From Octopus vulgaris (taxonomy: Eukaryota), in NCBI GenBank assembly GCA_951406725.2, contig OX597816.1:6262001-6326000 (forward strand): a DNA stretch of 64,000 bases. Direction: 5' to 3'. The position numbers and the translations under genes were made by a program. Positions 40,697 through 53,606 of the stretch are shown one piece after another (the first letter of the stretch is position 1; the number at the start of each line of letters is the position of its first letter). The notes beneath the pieces are model-generated. The model was not told the origin of the DNA. It ran no database searches and saw only the letters and a program-made list of their open reading frames with translations.

Positions 40697-41081
40697 GTAA
40701 AGATTGTTTGCCAACATAACACGGCAGTCCTGCTTTAGGATGAATGTTGCTGTAATTTAGCCTGAGGAGACATCGTCTCCAGCTGGCTATACAGCACAAT
40801 ATCTATGTCCTTATATTTTCGAACAAGGGAATCCAGCACCCCCACTCAGCTTAAAACAATATCCGTGTATCGCAATTTCCGGGTTATTTCCCTTCATCAG
40901 CACAGAATAATTGTTTACTAGAGGTGGCGCTACCAAATTCCCGTTCGAAATATATAGTTTTCAAAGTCACAACTAGTCACTGATCTATAAATTAGAAAAT
41001 TACTAATTTTAAATAATTTTTACTAAAAAGTACTCTTACTAAATATCTCTCGTTGTTAGATTTAAAAATAGTAATTTTCTA
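40697..41081 (-). mobile_element. HHR-bearing non-autonomous retroelement with TSD
   Basis: 15-bp direct repeat aattattttcttgta at 40682-40696 and 41082-41096; terminal inverted segment 40993-41014 / 41060-41081. Confidence 0.72.
40863..40905 (-). ncRNA. Type I hammerhead ribozyme, canonical core
   Basis: cugug-CUGAUGA-aggg-aaauaa-cccg-GAAA-UUGCGA-UA-cacgg. Confidence 0.8.
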
Positions 41082-41106
41082 AATTATTTTCTTGTATTTC
41101 ACCTAC

Positions 41107-41256
41107 CTGAACACCATCAGCAATTCATTACGGCCTCACATCTTCTCTGTGTATCGACTTGCAGACGTTGAAGCCCAGCATCAGCTTCAACGACAGAATT
41201 GGATGCCAATGTAGGCATTAGCCTTCGAGTGTCAGGCAATATGGACATTAGTGTCC
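41107..41256 (-). other. Candidate 150-bp exon (non-coding or stop-containing)
   Basis: Acceptor ttttgtcatttattgtttacag and donor CAG|gtaggt; stops in all three frames. Confidence 0.35.
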
Positions 41257-41512
41257 CTGTAAACAATAAATGACAAAATGAATACTTAAAATGCTGAATT
41301 GGTTCAAATGAGGGAATACAGAGTTAAACATTTGTCAACAGTGAATGTTCTTTAAATTTCATCTCAGCAACAATGTTAAAATCAAATACCACTAATTCGC
41401 CAAAGACGGCTCACACACATAAACACTTCACACACCTATGCAGTGCTATCATTTTTTCATGGAAATCATCTGCTGTATGTATATATCTATATCTGACTAT
41501 GTATCGATCTAA

Positions 41513-41549
<37 letters not shown>

Positions 41550-41555
<6 letters not shown>

Positions 41556-41682
41556 TCTGTAGAAGAGCGTAGGCTCGAAACGTAAAAGACTTTTTCTGTT
41601 CCTGAGCGTTATACTAATATATCTGTTTGTTTTGTACACAACCTGTCTTCGTCTTTTGTTTTTTTCCGTAAACTCTCCCTAT
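41550..41682 (+). mobile_element. Short repeat with minimal HHR-like motif, between (TA)n tracts
   Basis: cttt-CTGTAGA-agagc-gtag-gctc-GAAACGTA-aaag (41553-41588). Confidence 0.7.
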
Positions 41683-41711
41683 ATATATATGTATATGTAT
41701 ATATACATATA

Positions 41712-41935
41712 TGGAAAAAAGTCAAGGTAGAAAATGCTAAAATAATTTTATGAAAAACATTTCAGTACCGGTTTCGGTCATTGAGACTTTTCCAACTGTA
41801 AGTATGGAAAACAGTTAAATTTTGGAGAAATTAAAAGAAAAGTTTTTTAAGAGAATATTTGCATAGTATTCAAATAGAAGGGGCATTTTCCTTGTTTCTG
41901 CCTGGTTCTGTTTCTCTTGTTTACTCTGTCTCATA
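41712..41935 (-). mobile_element. PLE pLTR-like segment with degenerate HHR
   Basis: 41763-41798 minus: cag-uuggaaa-aguc-ucaau-gacc-GAAA-CCGG-UA-cug. Confidence 0.55.
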
Positions 41936-41939
41936 GACA

Positions 41940-42433
41940 CCATGCGCGCGCGCACAGAAACACATTACTTTGTACATAACGCTCTTACTTTTATACAACA
42001 AAACGTGACTTACTTGTTGCCTTGTTTCCCGCTAACAAACGCTCATCCCTGCGGTTCTGATGTCAACTTGCCCTCATTCTTAACCACTCATATCTTAACA
42101 ACTCATTTCAAACCGGTACTAATTCTAGGTCTTTCAAGAACATTCTTCAATGTTTTCTCCTTCAACGACACAAAAGACTGTCTCAAGAAAACGACCTTTC
42201 TTCCTACCATTCCCTGAATTTGAAACAGAACCATGAACGACTCTATAACTGCCAAACGTCGTCCTCCCTAATCCTAACGATTTTACATCCTGATCATATC
42301 AAAGACTACTTCGCTAAAAGTAAGTTTCCACCTGCTCCCGCAATTAGGACGGTGCATCCCCCACGCGCAGACCCTCTATTGCATTTAGAAATGTCCTTCA
42401 AACGATGGTCGTGAACCTTCTCATCAACAATTA
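41940..42433 (+). pseudogene. Highly degenerate PLE reverse-transcriptase/thumb remnant
   Basis: HPDHIKDYFAKSKF resembles PLE HPxHIKxSIPxSQF; adjacent inverted pLTR-like segment. Confidence 0.35.
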
Positions 42434-42580
42434 TTTCCGGTCATCGCTAAATCCTCGCAGTTCTCTTTCCCCATCACATGACCAAGAAATCTCAGTTATT
42501 TGGCCCTTATCTCACGTAGCAGCTTCCTATTTACCACAGCTCAGGGCATCACTTCTTCATTAGACACCTTGTCTATCCAC
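42434..42580 (-). mobile_element. RTE-clade LINE fragment
   Basis: Reverse complement of 44337-44483. Confidence 0.8.
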
Positions 42581-42644
42581 CTTGTCAGGCCCACAAACAT
42601 TCTGCCTATGCCAACTGCAATTACAGTGGCACCGATTCCTTATA

Positions 42645-42907
42645 CAGGATGTTCAAAAAGTCTCTCCGCAGTGAATTTTTTTCATCTTAATTCTCCAAAA
42701 GTCAGACTCCCCAAGATGTATTTCAAAACATGTGTAGAAGAGTCAACTTATGTATTGAAAATGAAAGACGACACTTTCAACACGTCTCTTATAAAGTTTT
42801 TTTAAGTCTTGTAAAGTCTAATATATTCTTTTGAAGTCTTATACCATCTTATAAATATTTATTTTGCAATTAGATATTTACTGCGGAGAGACTTTTTAAA
42901 AGCCCTA
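42645..42907. mobile_element. Tc1/mariner-type MITE
   Basis: TA|caggatgttcaaaaagtctctccgcagt ... actgcggagagactttttaaaagcccta|TA. Confidence 0.8.
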
Positions 42908-43309
42908 TATTTTCCAGCTTTCAAGAATCCTCGCCCAGCCCTTGTTTCTCCTGCTGCAGTAACATGCTGCTCTCAAAGAAGCCTGTTCCTCTAAATCAAA
43001 CTAATCGAAAATTGTTTTTCAACCTTTAGGAAACGAAAGACAAATCTGACGTCGTTAGAAATTGAATCTTCACTCGATGTCGTCTCCAACGTTCTGCAGT
43101 GTCTGCAATTCTCTTCGTGTACACGTTTATATAACTGGAATGGTTTATACAGGTTTGTGTATGTATCTGCCAGTAACTATCTATTTGCATAGACACACAC
43201 GTATTTTCCTGTATGTGTAGGTGTGTGTGTGACTGCTGAAACTGAAATCCATACACAATTTCAATCGTTTCACAATCTACACACAGGTGATCGTCCATCT
43301 TTAAAGCTG

Positions 43310-43310
<1 letters not shown>

Positions 43311-43348
<38 letters not shown>

Positions 43349-43565
43349 GTCTCTGTCTCTGTCTCTGTCTCTCTATCTCTATCTCTATCTCTCCTTCTCT
43401 CTCTCCTTATCTCTCTCCTTCTCTCTCTCCTCCTCTCTCTCTCTCCTTCTCTCTCTCTCCTTCTCTCTCTCCCTTCTCTCTCTCTCGCTCCCTCTTTCTC
43501 TCTCTCTCTCTCTCTCTCCCTCCCTCCCCCCTCTCTCTCCCTCCCTCCCCCCTCTCTCTCTCATC
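43311..43565. repeat. (CT)n-rich polypyrimidine tract
   Basis: Direct reading. Confidence 0.95.
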
Positions 43566-44336
43566 TCATCTCATTCTGATTATCTTCTCCGCCTTACCTA
43601 TTCATACGTTCACAACTCACAGATTCCAAAATTTCACTTTCTCTATAACCGATCACTTTGTATTATCCCTGATTGAATTTATTCAAATATACATTACCCC
43701 AATATTTCCTAGCGGCGGCTTATTAATTCCTCCATTACCATTTCAATCATATCACAATTTCTTTACAAATTTCATTACACTTGTCGATTTTTCTGTATCA
43801 ATATCGGTTCATAGCCATAGCGTTCATTTTTGGCACTCTATTTTGGAACATACCTGTTTTCGTCTTCAGCCGAAAGAGCAAAGCTATGCGACGGCGTCCT
43901 AATAATAAAATATCTATTTTATTAGCGTTTAATTATTTCATTTTCTGAATACTAATCCGGAAATAGAAAGAAAATAAGTAATTTTAAAAGTTACCCACCA
44001 CCACCACCACCACCACTCACAAGAACACTCCAGTTTGTTTTTTGTAATATATTTAATGAAAATTGCGGAGTATGTTAATTTCAAACAAGTTTTACTTTCA
44101 AAAAACACTTATGCTCTTAAAATACAATATTAATAACTGCGACACCATTCTCACCAACGCCAAAATCACTTTCTTTTTATGAGCGTTTTGTTTTATATTT
44201 TAGTTTATTCTGTTCTTTTGAAATATGAATTATTTTGCTTCATACTTAAATCAGAGAAATTATGAAATTCTTACAAGAGAAACCTTTTATCTAACTGTAT
44301 AGAGGAGATAGCGTTATCTAATGCAATTATGATAAT

Positions 44337-44905
44337 GTGGATAGATAAGGTGTCTAATGAAGAAGTGATGTCCTGAGCTGTGGTAAATAGGAAACTGCTG
44401 CGTGAGATAAGGGCCAAACAACTGAGATTTCTTGGTCATGTGGTGGGGAAAGAGAGCTGCGAGGATTTAGCGATGACCGGAAAGATTGAATGGACAAGAA
44501 GGAGGATATGGATGTCAAGATTCACGAATTGGTTGGAAGAAAGAGGCATCGAGAGGTGGAACTGTTACAGAAAGCAAAGAACAGAGAATTGTGAGAAGAC
44601 AAGATTGTCACAATTGTGCCTAGACATGACACCAATAAGAATGAAGGCAAAGGAGAAAACGGCACAAATTTGTTTGTGAAAGATTACCATAACAATTTTG
44701 TCTTCATTTCTTTTTTTTTTAATCCTTCTTCACAGAGAATTGTGGTTGGACATGATTGCCTCAATTGTACCTAGACATGACACCTATAAGAATGAAGACA
44801 AAGGAGAACTTAGAACAATATTCTTCGCCAACGGCACAGATTTGTTTGTGAAAGATTACCACAACAATTTTGTCTTCATTTTCTTTTTCTTTTTTTTTTT
44901 TTTTT
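44337..44905 (+). mobile_element. RTE-clade LINE 3' fragment with local tandem duplication of its end
   Basis: WIDKVSNEEV...LLREIRAKQLRFLGHVVGK...LAMTGKIE; 44581-44720 duplicated at 44732-44905. Confidence 0.75.
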
Positions 44906-45257
44906 TGGAAAAATCCTTCTTCACCTCGTGTTCCTATTCAAAAAGAACCCATTCCGTTATCGATGAATACCAATTCAAAAAATGTAACTCATTCTCTACT
45001 AAAACTGCCATAGAATCTGACACACACACCTTACCTTTTTCAGATTTCTGTATTTCTGTTTTAGACAGCATCTGCCACCATCTTTAATCTAAAAAAAATG
45101 TAAAACTTAACAAAGACTGACGACTTCAAGAAAATCTTCTCTAATTCTCTTCGTTCTCGATTTTTGCCTCTACTTTTCCTTCCCTCACTCGCGTATTTCT
45201 GCTTTCTCTCTTTATATTTCAGGTACTTCTCTATCAACATTTTTAACATCTAACTGT

Positions 45258-45925
45258 TTTCCTTCTTCTTCTTAATATTTTTCTTCTTCTTCTTCTTCTT
45301 CTTCTTCTTCTTCTTCTTCTTCTTCTTCTTCTTCTTTTCCTTATTCTTCTTCTTTTTCTTCTTCTTCTTCTTCTTCTTCTTCTCCTTCTCCTTCTTCTTC
45401 TTCTTCTTCTTCTCCTTCTTCTTCTTATTCCCCTTCCCCTTCTTCTTCTTCTTCTTCTTTTTCTTCTTCTTCTTCTCCTCCTTCTTCTTCTTCTTCCTCT
45501 CCTTCCCCTTCTTTCCCTTTTCTTCCTCTTTTTCTTCTTCTTATTCTTCTTCTTTTCCTTCTTTCTTCTTCTTCTTCCCCTTCACCTTCTTCTTCTTCTG
45601 TCTCTCCTTCCCCTTCTTCTCCTTTTTCTCTTTCTTCTTCTTCTTTCCCTTCTTATTCTTCTTCCCCTTCTTCTTCTTCCCTTTCTCTTCTTCTTCTACC
45701 CTTCCACTTCTTCCTCTCCTTGCCCTTCTTCTTCTTCTTCTCCTCCTTCTCCTCCTTCTTCTTCTTCTTCTTCTCATTCTTCTTCTTCTTCTTCACTTTC
45801 TTCTTCTTCTTCTTCTTCTTCTTCTTCTTCTTCTTCTTCGTCTTCTCCTTCTTCTTCTTCGTCTTCTCCTTCTTCTTCTTCGTCTTCTTCTTCTTCTCTT
45901 TCTTCTTCTTCTTCTTCTTCTTCAT
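45258..45925. repeat. Long imperfect (TTC)n / polypyrimidine tract
   Basis: Direct reading. Confidence 0.95.
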
Positions 45926-46612
45926 TATCCGCCATTTATACTGTTACTACGTCATCTTGCCCAACTCCGTCTCCGTCCTTTTTGGCTTCTCCGTAATATT
46001 CCTCTTTCTCCGATCCAGTCGCTGCTGCTGCTGCCGCAACTTCTTTCGATGCTTCTTCACTTAATTACTGTTATCTTTTAATATCCACAAGAATATTCTT
46101 AGAAACCTCCTGAAGAACATATCTTATCAATTACATTTCAAACTTTAAAACTCACCGAAACTCTATCTCTATTTACATGAACAATTCCAAGTAGCTGATA
46201 AGAGGGATTCTTTAGTTTCTTCAATAATGTAAATGATACGACACACAACAATTGGTTGTTGTTTTTATATCGTTAAATGTGTCAATTAAATTTCCAGCTG
46301 GAATCTAGAGTTTTCAATCTTGTATTTTCTGACATTTTCTAGCTCTATTGAAGTCAGATAAGCAGAAATCAAAACAAAGATGGACCGAGGTGATATGTAA
46401 CAACTAGTTGTTACAACCCTACTAATATTGTATCGAATATATGACCACTACATTCGTCTCTGAAGTGTTTAGTTCACATAACAGCACTCAGGCAATGTCA
46501 GCCATGAAAATATCATCAGAGTTGGTGTATTACACTCGTTTTCGGAGCTGAGTTCAAGTTTTTTTTTCCTGGATATCGCAAGGTGTGCGGAATAAAAATG
46601 GTCGGCAGAATC

Positions 46613-46845
46613 TGTTTCTTTATTGCCCACAAGGGGTTAAACACAGAGGGGACAAACAAGGACAGACAAACGGATTAAGTCGATTGCATCGACCCCAGTG
46701 CCTAACTGGTACTTAATTTATCGACCCAGAAAGGATGAAAGGCAAAGTCGACCTCGGCGGAATTTGAACTCGGAACGTAACGGCGGACGAAATACGGCTA
46801 CGCATTTCGCCCGGCGTGCTGACGATTCTGCCAGCTCGCCGCCGT
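46613..46845 (-). mobile_element. SINE family A, young copy
   Basis: 16-bp TSD aatggtcggcagaatc (46597-46612 / 46846-46861); inserted into the head of an old plus-strand SINE A remnant extending to ~47135. Confidence 0.92.
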
Positions 46846-47354
46846 AATGGTCGGCAGAATCACCACAGTGCCTGACACAACGCTTTGCAATATATCTCTT
46901 CCAGCTTTTTACGTTGTGAGTTCAAATCCTACAGCGGTCAACTTTGGATTTTATTGTTTCGGAATCGATAAAAACAATTTAACAGTTGCTTGAGTGTTTC
47001 ACAAAAAGCTTTGCGTTATCTCTTCCAGATCTTTACGTTCTGAGTTCAAATTCCGCCAAGATCAACTTTGCTTTTCATCTTTATGAAGTCGATAGAATAA
47101 AGTACCAGTCAAGTACAGGAGTGGATTTCATCGACGAAAGTTTATTAGCACGAGTCCCGATACAATATAGCCGTACCCACAGACTCTCGGGCAATGACAC
47201 AGGATTCTGGTTTCTCGTTTCCCTGTTTGACTGCGTATCTCTAAACCTCTTTATACGATGCTTTGCGTTTTTATAGAGCAGGTGATGGTGACCTCAAGAA
47301 CAACATTATATTTAGAATACAGAGAAATCTACCTCTCTGTCTATTTCAACCTCT

Positions 47355-47412
<58 letters not shown>

Positions 47413-47537
47413 TTATCATCATGCGTGTACACAGACATAAAAAAGAGCTAACATATGTATACGTGTGTGGTAGTGTGTGTGCATGTACGTTTCTAACTAT
47501 GTATGCACATATGTGTGATTATATATATATATCATAT

Positions 47538-47574
<37 letters not shown>

Positions 47575-47575
47575 G

Positions 47576-47644
<69 letters not shown>

Positions 47645-47646
<2 letters not shown>

Positions 47647-48246
47647 TCCCAACTTTGGTCACCACACAATATAAAACAAACAGCAGAACTCGAAGCAACT
47701 CAGAGAAGCTACACAAAGAAAATCGTCTCAATGCAAAATGTCAGCTACTGGGAAAGACTGAAGGTATTAAACCTCTTCTCCCTGGAGCGGAGGCGGGAGA
47801 GATATGCAGTAATATACATCTGGAAAATCCTGGAGGGTCTTGTCCCAAACTTTGGCATTCAAAGTTACTCCAACCGCAGAACGGGGCGCCGCTGCGTGGT
47901 GCCAAGGATTCCAACATCACCATCAAAATACAGGTCCAGATACTGCAACAGCTTGGGTTTCAGAGGACCACAGCTTTTCAACATCCTCCCTAAATGCCTG
48001 AGAGACTTACATGGTGTGGATGTGGGTTTCTTTAAAACTAAACTGGATCTCTTCTTGTTGGGAGTCCCAGATGAACCTACCTCACGACAGGAGACACGGA
48101 TGCGGGCAGCAGCATCGAACTCCCTTGTTGATCAAGTGCCACGTATCAGAGGTGGATTCACAAACTAGTGTGGCTCATTCAGCGGTGGTGCCCCAGCATG
48201 GCCGCGGCCTTCGGGCTAAAACATTTTTAAGGATTTTTTTTAAGGA
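47645..48246 (+). mobile_element. 5'-truncated CR1/L2-group LINE (RT C-terminus + 3' UTR), between (TA)n tracts
   Basis: YSQLWSPH...LEATQRSYTKKI...SYWERLKVLNLFSLERRRERY; tail ggtgccccagcatggccgcggccttcgggctaaaaca + ttttaagga repeats. Confidence 0.9.
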
Positions 48247-48353
48247 TATATATAATTTATATATATATATATATAAATATATATATATAATTTATATATA
48301 TATATATATATAAATATATATATATAATTTATATATATATATATGTATGTATG

Positions 48354-48407
<54 letters not shown>

Positions 48408-48871
48408 TATCTCATAGGTAAACGAGGAAGCGATTATATGATTATCTCTTTAATTGTAATTCCTATTATTCTATGGTAATCTGATATCAATAATCAATAT
48501 ATTTTATAGAACTACTTGGCCGTTTACATCGACAGGTTATTCAATTTCTATTATGTTCAATGAAATTATACCCTTACTGTATGACCTCAGAATTCACCAA
48601 CAAAACATTGATAACTGACTCGACTCTCGGAGATAACATTTTCTGTTGTATTCGTATCCATTAATAGAAATTTAATGAATATGGTTCTGATTGAGAATTT
48701 TGGGTAGAAGTTAAAATAGAAACGGCAGATAAAAATAAGATTTTTCTGAAAACATAGTGAGTCGAGAATAATATTCAAGCCTGGTTCAACACAAGGAGAT
48801 GATAAATCAGTGTTATACACTTATCAGGGGGTTAGGTATATATTTAAATTTATATCTCTTCTCATCATATT

Positions 48872-49279
48872 ACTCTTTACTCTTTTACTCTGTTACAAGT
48901 TTCATCATTTGACTGTGGCCATGCTGGAGCACCGCCTTTAATCGAGCAACTCGACCCCGGGACTTATTCTTTGTAAGCCCAGTACTTATACTATCGGTCT
49001 TTTTTGCCGAACCGCTAAGTGACGGGGACGTAAACACACCAGCATCGGTTGTCAAGCAATGCTAGGGGGACAAACACATACACACACATACATATATATA
49101 TATACACATATATACGACAGGTTTCTTTCAGTTTCCGTCTACCAAATCCACTCACAAGGCTTTGGTCGGCCCGGAGCTATAGCAGAAGACACTTGCCCAA
49201 GATGCCACGCAGTGGGACTGAACCCGGAACCATGTGGTTGGTTAGCAAGCTACTTACCACACAACCACTCCTGCGCCTA
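48872..49279 (-). mobile_element. SINE family B, full length
   Basis: Homology. Confidence 0.92.
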
Positions 49280-49281
49280 TA

Positions 49282-49948
49282 AGCAAGAAATCTTAAGCAA
49301 ATGAGATTTCTTGGTCGTGTGGTGAGGAAAGAGGGCCACGAGTATTTAGCGATGAGCAGAAAGTTAAAAGGGAAAAGAAGCAGAGGAAAGAGAAAGATAA
49401 AACGGATGTCAAGCTTGGCGAACAGGTAGGAAGAAAGAGGCATCATGAAGTGGAACTGCTACGGAAAACAAAGGACAGAGAATTCTTTTCGACTCTTGGC
49501 ACAAGGCGCGAAATTTTGGGAAAGGAGACCAGTCGATCACATCGATCCCAGTACGCAACCGGTACTTATTTAATCGAACTCGAAATGATGAAAGGCAAAG
49601 TCGACCGCGGCTGAATTTGAACTCAGAACGTAAAGACAGACGAAATACCTATTTCTTTACTACTCACAGGGGCCTAAACACAGAGTGGACAAACAAGGAC
49701 AGACAAACGGATTAAGTCGATTATATCGACCCCAGTGCATAACTGGTACTTATGTAATCGACCCCGAAAGGATGAAGGGCAAAGTCGACCTCAGCGGAAT
49801 TTGAACTCAGAAGACAGACGAAATACCGCTAAGCATTTCACCCGGCGTGCTAATGATTCTGCCAGCTTGCAACCTTCAAAGGACAGAGAACTGTGACAGA
49901 ACATGATCGCCTATTGCCTACATTATGGACCTGACACCTAAAGAAGAT
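49282..49948 (+). mobile_element. RTE-clade LINE 3' fragment interrupted by a SINE A dimer
   Basis: Homologous to 44410-44640. Confidence 0.75.
49483..49876 (-). mobile_element. SINE family A head + two body units (dimer)
   Basis: 14-bp TSD caaaggacagagaa at 49469-49482 and 49877-49890; internal junction aaagaaatag|gtatttcgtc. Confidence 0.9.
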
Positions 49949-50224
49949 CATATTTCGAGCTTCTGTGGTTGTTTGAACTCACTGAACACTTCTAGTATTA
50001 TTCCCCTCCACCACGTCGTCAAGTAAGTTACAACCAGCATCTCACCTATTAATGTCAAGTGTACAACTGTCCTTGTTTATAATTGCACGTTTGTTCGTGG
50101 AAAATCATAGGAATTTAACAACCAAGCATTCATCACTTAAATGGCCAATATGATAACTGATAACAACATCAAAATGCCAGGACATCTCCTTTCTTGGAAA
50201 GCCTGGCTTTGAAAATATTATCGG

Positions 50225-50665
50225 TAAGTTAATCCGGAACTCTTGACAGAAGGAGATGCATTTTTGATTTGAAGACACCTACACCTACCCCATGCCAGTC
50301 TCTCAGGCTTTTGGACAGGATCTTGAAGAGCTGTGGGTTCTTCAAACCCAAGCTATTTCGGTATCTGGTCCTGTGTCCTGATGGCGACGTTGGGATCTTT
50401 GGCACTATATAGCGGTACCCCTTTCTGCTGTGTGTGAAACTTTCAATGCCAAAGTTTGGTACAAGTCCATCCAAGACTTTCCAAATACTTATCACTGCAT
50501 ATCTTTCCCGCCATCGTTCTAGGGAATAGAGTGTTAACTTTCCCAGGTTTTTCCCAGTAGCTTCTATGTCGCATGTGACGATCTTCTTTGTAGAGCTTCG
50601 CTAGACTGAATCACGTTTCGCCGTCAATTTTACACTGTGTGGTGGCCACAGTTGGGAACAGTAGT
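50225..50665 (-). mobile_element. Degenerate CR1/L2-group LINE fragment (same family as 47645)
   Basis: IWKVLDGLVPNFGIES...VPKIPTSPS...NSLG...PQLF...RVPD. Confidence 0.85.
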
Positions 50666-51278
50666 CTTTATTTACTGAAGTAGTCTTATTTCAGTTTTAC
50701 TCAACGAAGGATTGTTCTTTAAAACATTATTTGCCTGTTTGATTTTATTGCTCTTTCGTTTCTGATATATTTCGGTGTATCATTACTATCAGCTATGTTC
50801 ATACATTTAGTCGTTCTATAACTACTTTTACCGCCATATTTTACAGCCTCAACCAGGCAGCTTTATCTTCATTATCATTCTTTTAGCGTTACTACAACGA
50901 CACTCTGTCTTCCTCTTTCTGTTTTGTTCCATGTGATTAGATGAAAACTTTATTCCAAGAATAGCTTCATAAAAAATTCCCTTGCCTCTCGTACATTACC
51001 GTCCAACACAAACCTCTAATATCTCAATTTATAAACAATCGCATTCATTCTCATAGCTATTCTCATACATCATCCACGAGAATGGATCCATTTTCAGAGT
51101 TCTTTCTTTTCTGCTTCCACTTGACACCAAACATTATTCCACGCTAAGAAATTGAGCGCTAGCTGAATGTTTCTCAAATAATCGAGAAGAATTTCAGATA
51201 AACTATTGTATCACAATAGTTTCCTATGTCAATGTGAACTGCTGCTGCTGCTGGTAAAATCCGTTATTTTATATATTG

Positions 51279-51314
<36 letters not shown>

Positions 51315-52228
51315 GTGAAATAAATTTTATGTTTTGCAGTTTTTAAAAGCTACTTCGTTATAGGAACTTACGTGAAAATAATCAATTTTCTATGAAAATT
51401 TTATTTTTTCCCATAACATTAGGTTTCTGTATTTCATTTTATGAGAACTAAAATTAACCAATATAAAGATGTCATTTACCTCATTCGCCAAACATCTTCT
51501 CTTACTTCAACACTTGACGGCAAATTTCTTTCAAATAGAGTTGAATTTATAGTTATATTGTCTGACGCCAGTCAGTTCCATCCAATTAATGCAATAGATT
51601 CTACAAATTTCGAAATATAAGATAATACTATTAGAATCTTAAATAACAAACTCTGAATCTATATATCCTGTCGTCTGTCTCTGTAGACATCATAAAGGCT
51701 TCCTTCTCAGTATCTCCGATGGTTAGTAAAAAGATTAGATTGAAACCAGTAAAGGAACTGGGAACTAGGCTTATTGTAAAATTATTTCTTTGAAAATTTA
51801 TTGTGATTCACAACCGATATTCTTTCACCCTTGATTTTCTTACGCTGCTCTGAGCGAGCAGAGTAGTGTAAGATATAAGGTCTTATGGAGTGAAGTCTGG
51901 ACCTCGATGTCGAATCCTGTGCTAATGAAATTTCCTTAATTCATTGAGCCTACGTCATGGCGTTAATATCAGTAGGTGTTCGTTGTACAGAAGTTGTCGG
52001 AGACACGAGTTCGCAACTCGAATCCTGTTCTTATTTCAAAAAAACCCATTTGACTTTTCTAAGTATGTCTTTCAGTACATCTAAAGGATATCGGCTTTGT
52101 CGTAAGACTGCGACGTTTTAAGCATAATTTAAAACGTCTACGCCACCGATTCCTTTCAACTTCTCCTCTAATTAAATAGAATATTTTTCAAGAGTAATTA
52201 AGTATTATTACTATTATTTGCCATTTCG

Positions 52229-52672
52229 CGGCAAGCTGGCAGAATCGTTAGAACGCCGGGCAAAAGTCTTAGCCATGTCTCATCTGTCTTTAGGCTCTGA
52301 GTTCAAATTCTGCCAGGGTCAACTTTACTTTATATTCGGCAAGCTGGCAGAATCGTTAGAACACCGGGAAAAAGTCTTAGCTATGTCCCATCTGTCTTTA
52401 GGCTCTTAGTTCAAATTCCGCCAGGGTCAACTTTACTTTATATTCGATAAAATAAGGACCAATTGAGGTGGCGAGCTGGCAGAATCGTTAGAACGCCGGC
52501 CGAAATGTTTAACTGCATTTCGTTTGTCTTTACGTTCTAAGTTCAAATTCCACCTTTGTGACATAGCTTTTCATTCTATCGGGTTCGATAAAATAATTAA
52601 CAATCGAACACTAGACTTGATTTAATCTCCAAGCCGAAATTAATGACCTCGTGCTAAAATATGAAACCAATA
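52229..52672 (+). mobile_element. SINE family A: 108-bp tandem duplication of head plus a third copy
   Basis: cggcaagctggcagaatcgttagaac at 52229 and 52337; ggtggcgagctggcag near 52467. Confidence 0.85.
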
Positions 52673-52905
52673 TTTGCATTAAAATTCGAATTTATTAAAA
52701 TTCATTTATCCATTGAGTTCACGCACAAGAATACATTTTCCGTTAAGAGAATACATTTTCCATTAATTTACCAAATATTGTCCATTCCGCTCAAATTATT
52801 TGTCATTTAATTAGAAAACAAAATAAAGCAAGAATGCATATCATTATTTGATTAATCACGATATGTTTCGTGATAAGACAGTTGTGTTCCGGATAAATTG
52901 CTCAT

Positions 52906-53156
52906 AGGCGCAGGAGTGGCTGCGTGGTAAGAAGCTTCCTTCTCCGCCACATTGTTCTAGGTTCAGTCCCACTGCGTAGCACCTTGAGCAAGTGTCTTCT
53001 ACTATAGTCCCAGACTGAAACTGAAAGAATATGTGTGTGTGTATGTAGATATGTGTGTATTTGTGTGTCTGTGTTTGTCGGCCTACCATTCCTTGACAAC
53101 CGATGTTGGTGTGTTTACATCACCCTAACTCAGCGGTTCGGCAAAGATAACGATAG
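52906..53156 (+). mobile_element. SINE family B, partial
   Basis: Head and core homology. Confidence 0.85.
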
Positions 53157-53159
53157 GCC

Positions 53160-53606
53160 CCGCTTGCTAGATCAACTGGTTATCAAATAAAGCTCAATAT
53201 TCTTCTAGCCATCGCTCATCGTCTCTTTTTAGCCAAATCCAGTGGCTAGCCTTCTCCACTGTAGTTTGGATGTCGGTCATGGTGGTATTTACTTTACGAT
53301 GAGTTAGGCCGAACGATAACAACAGTCGCCTCACACTGTCCAACGAACCCTCTACATCCGGTTTTTTTCGTAACTGGGATGAGAAATAGTCCCTGGCACC
53401 CTTATAAATCTGCAGTCACCTCGCAATAGCCGTTCCACTTTTCATCGCTCACAGGAAGTGTGTTGTTGTTCTTCTTGAAACGGATCCATTGTCTTGGGCG
53501 CACAATGGTAATGAAATCTCTAGTTGGTATTTTCAACGGGTTTTTTTTCACTGTTGTTGAGATCAGTTTGGTTCATTGACGATAACCTTAAGGACCAGAT
53601 TGTGTG
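53160..53606 (-). pseudogene. HERO-clade (RLE) non-LTR retrotransposon 3' remnant, internally deleted
   Basis: HNLVLKVI...W...ADL...GCRGFVG...LLLSFGLTHRKVNTTMTDIQTTVEKASHWIWLKRDDERW. Confidence 0.7.
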
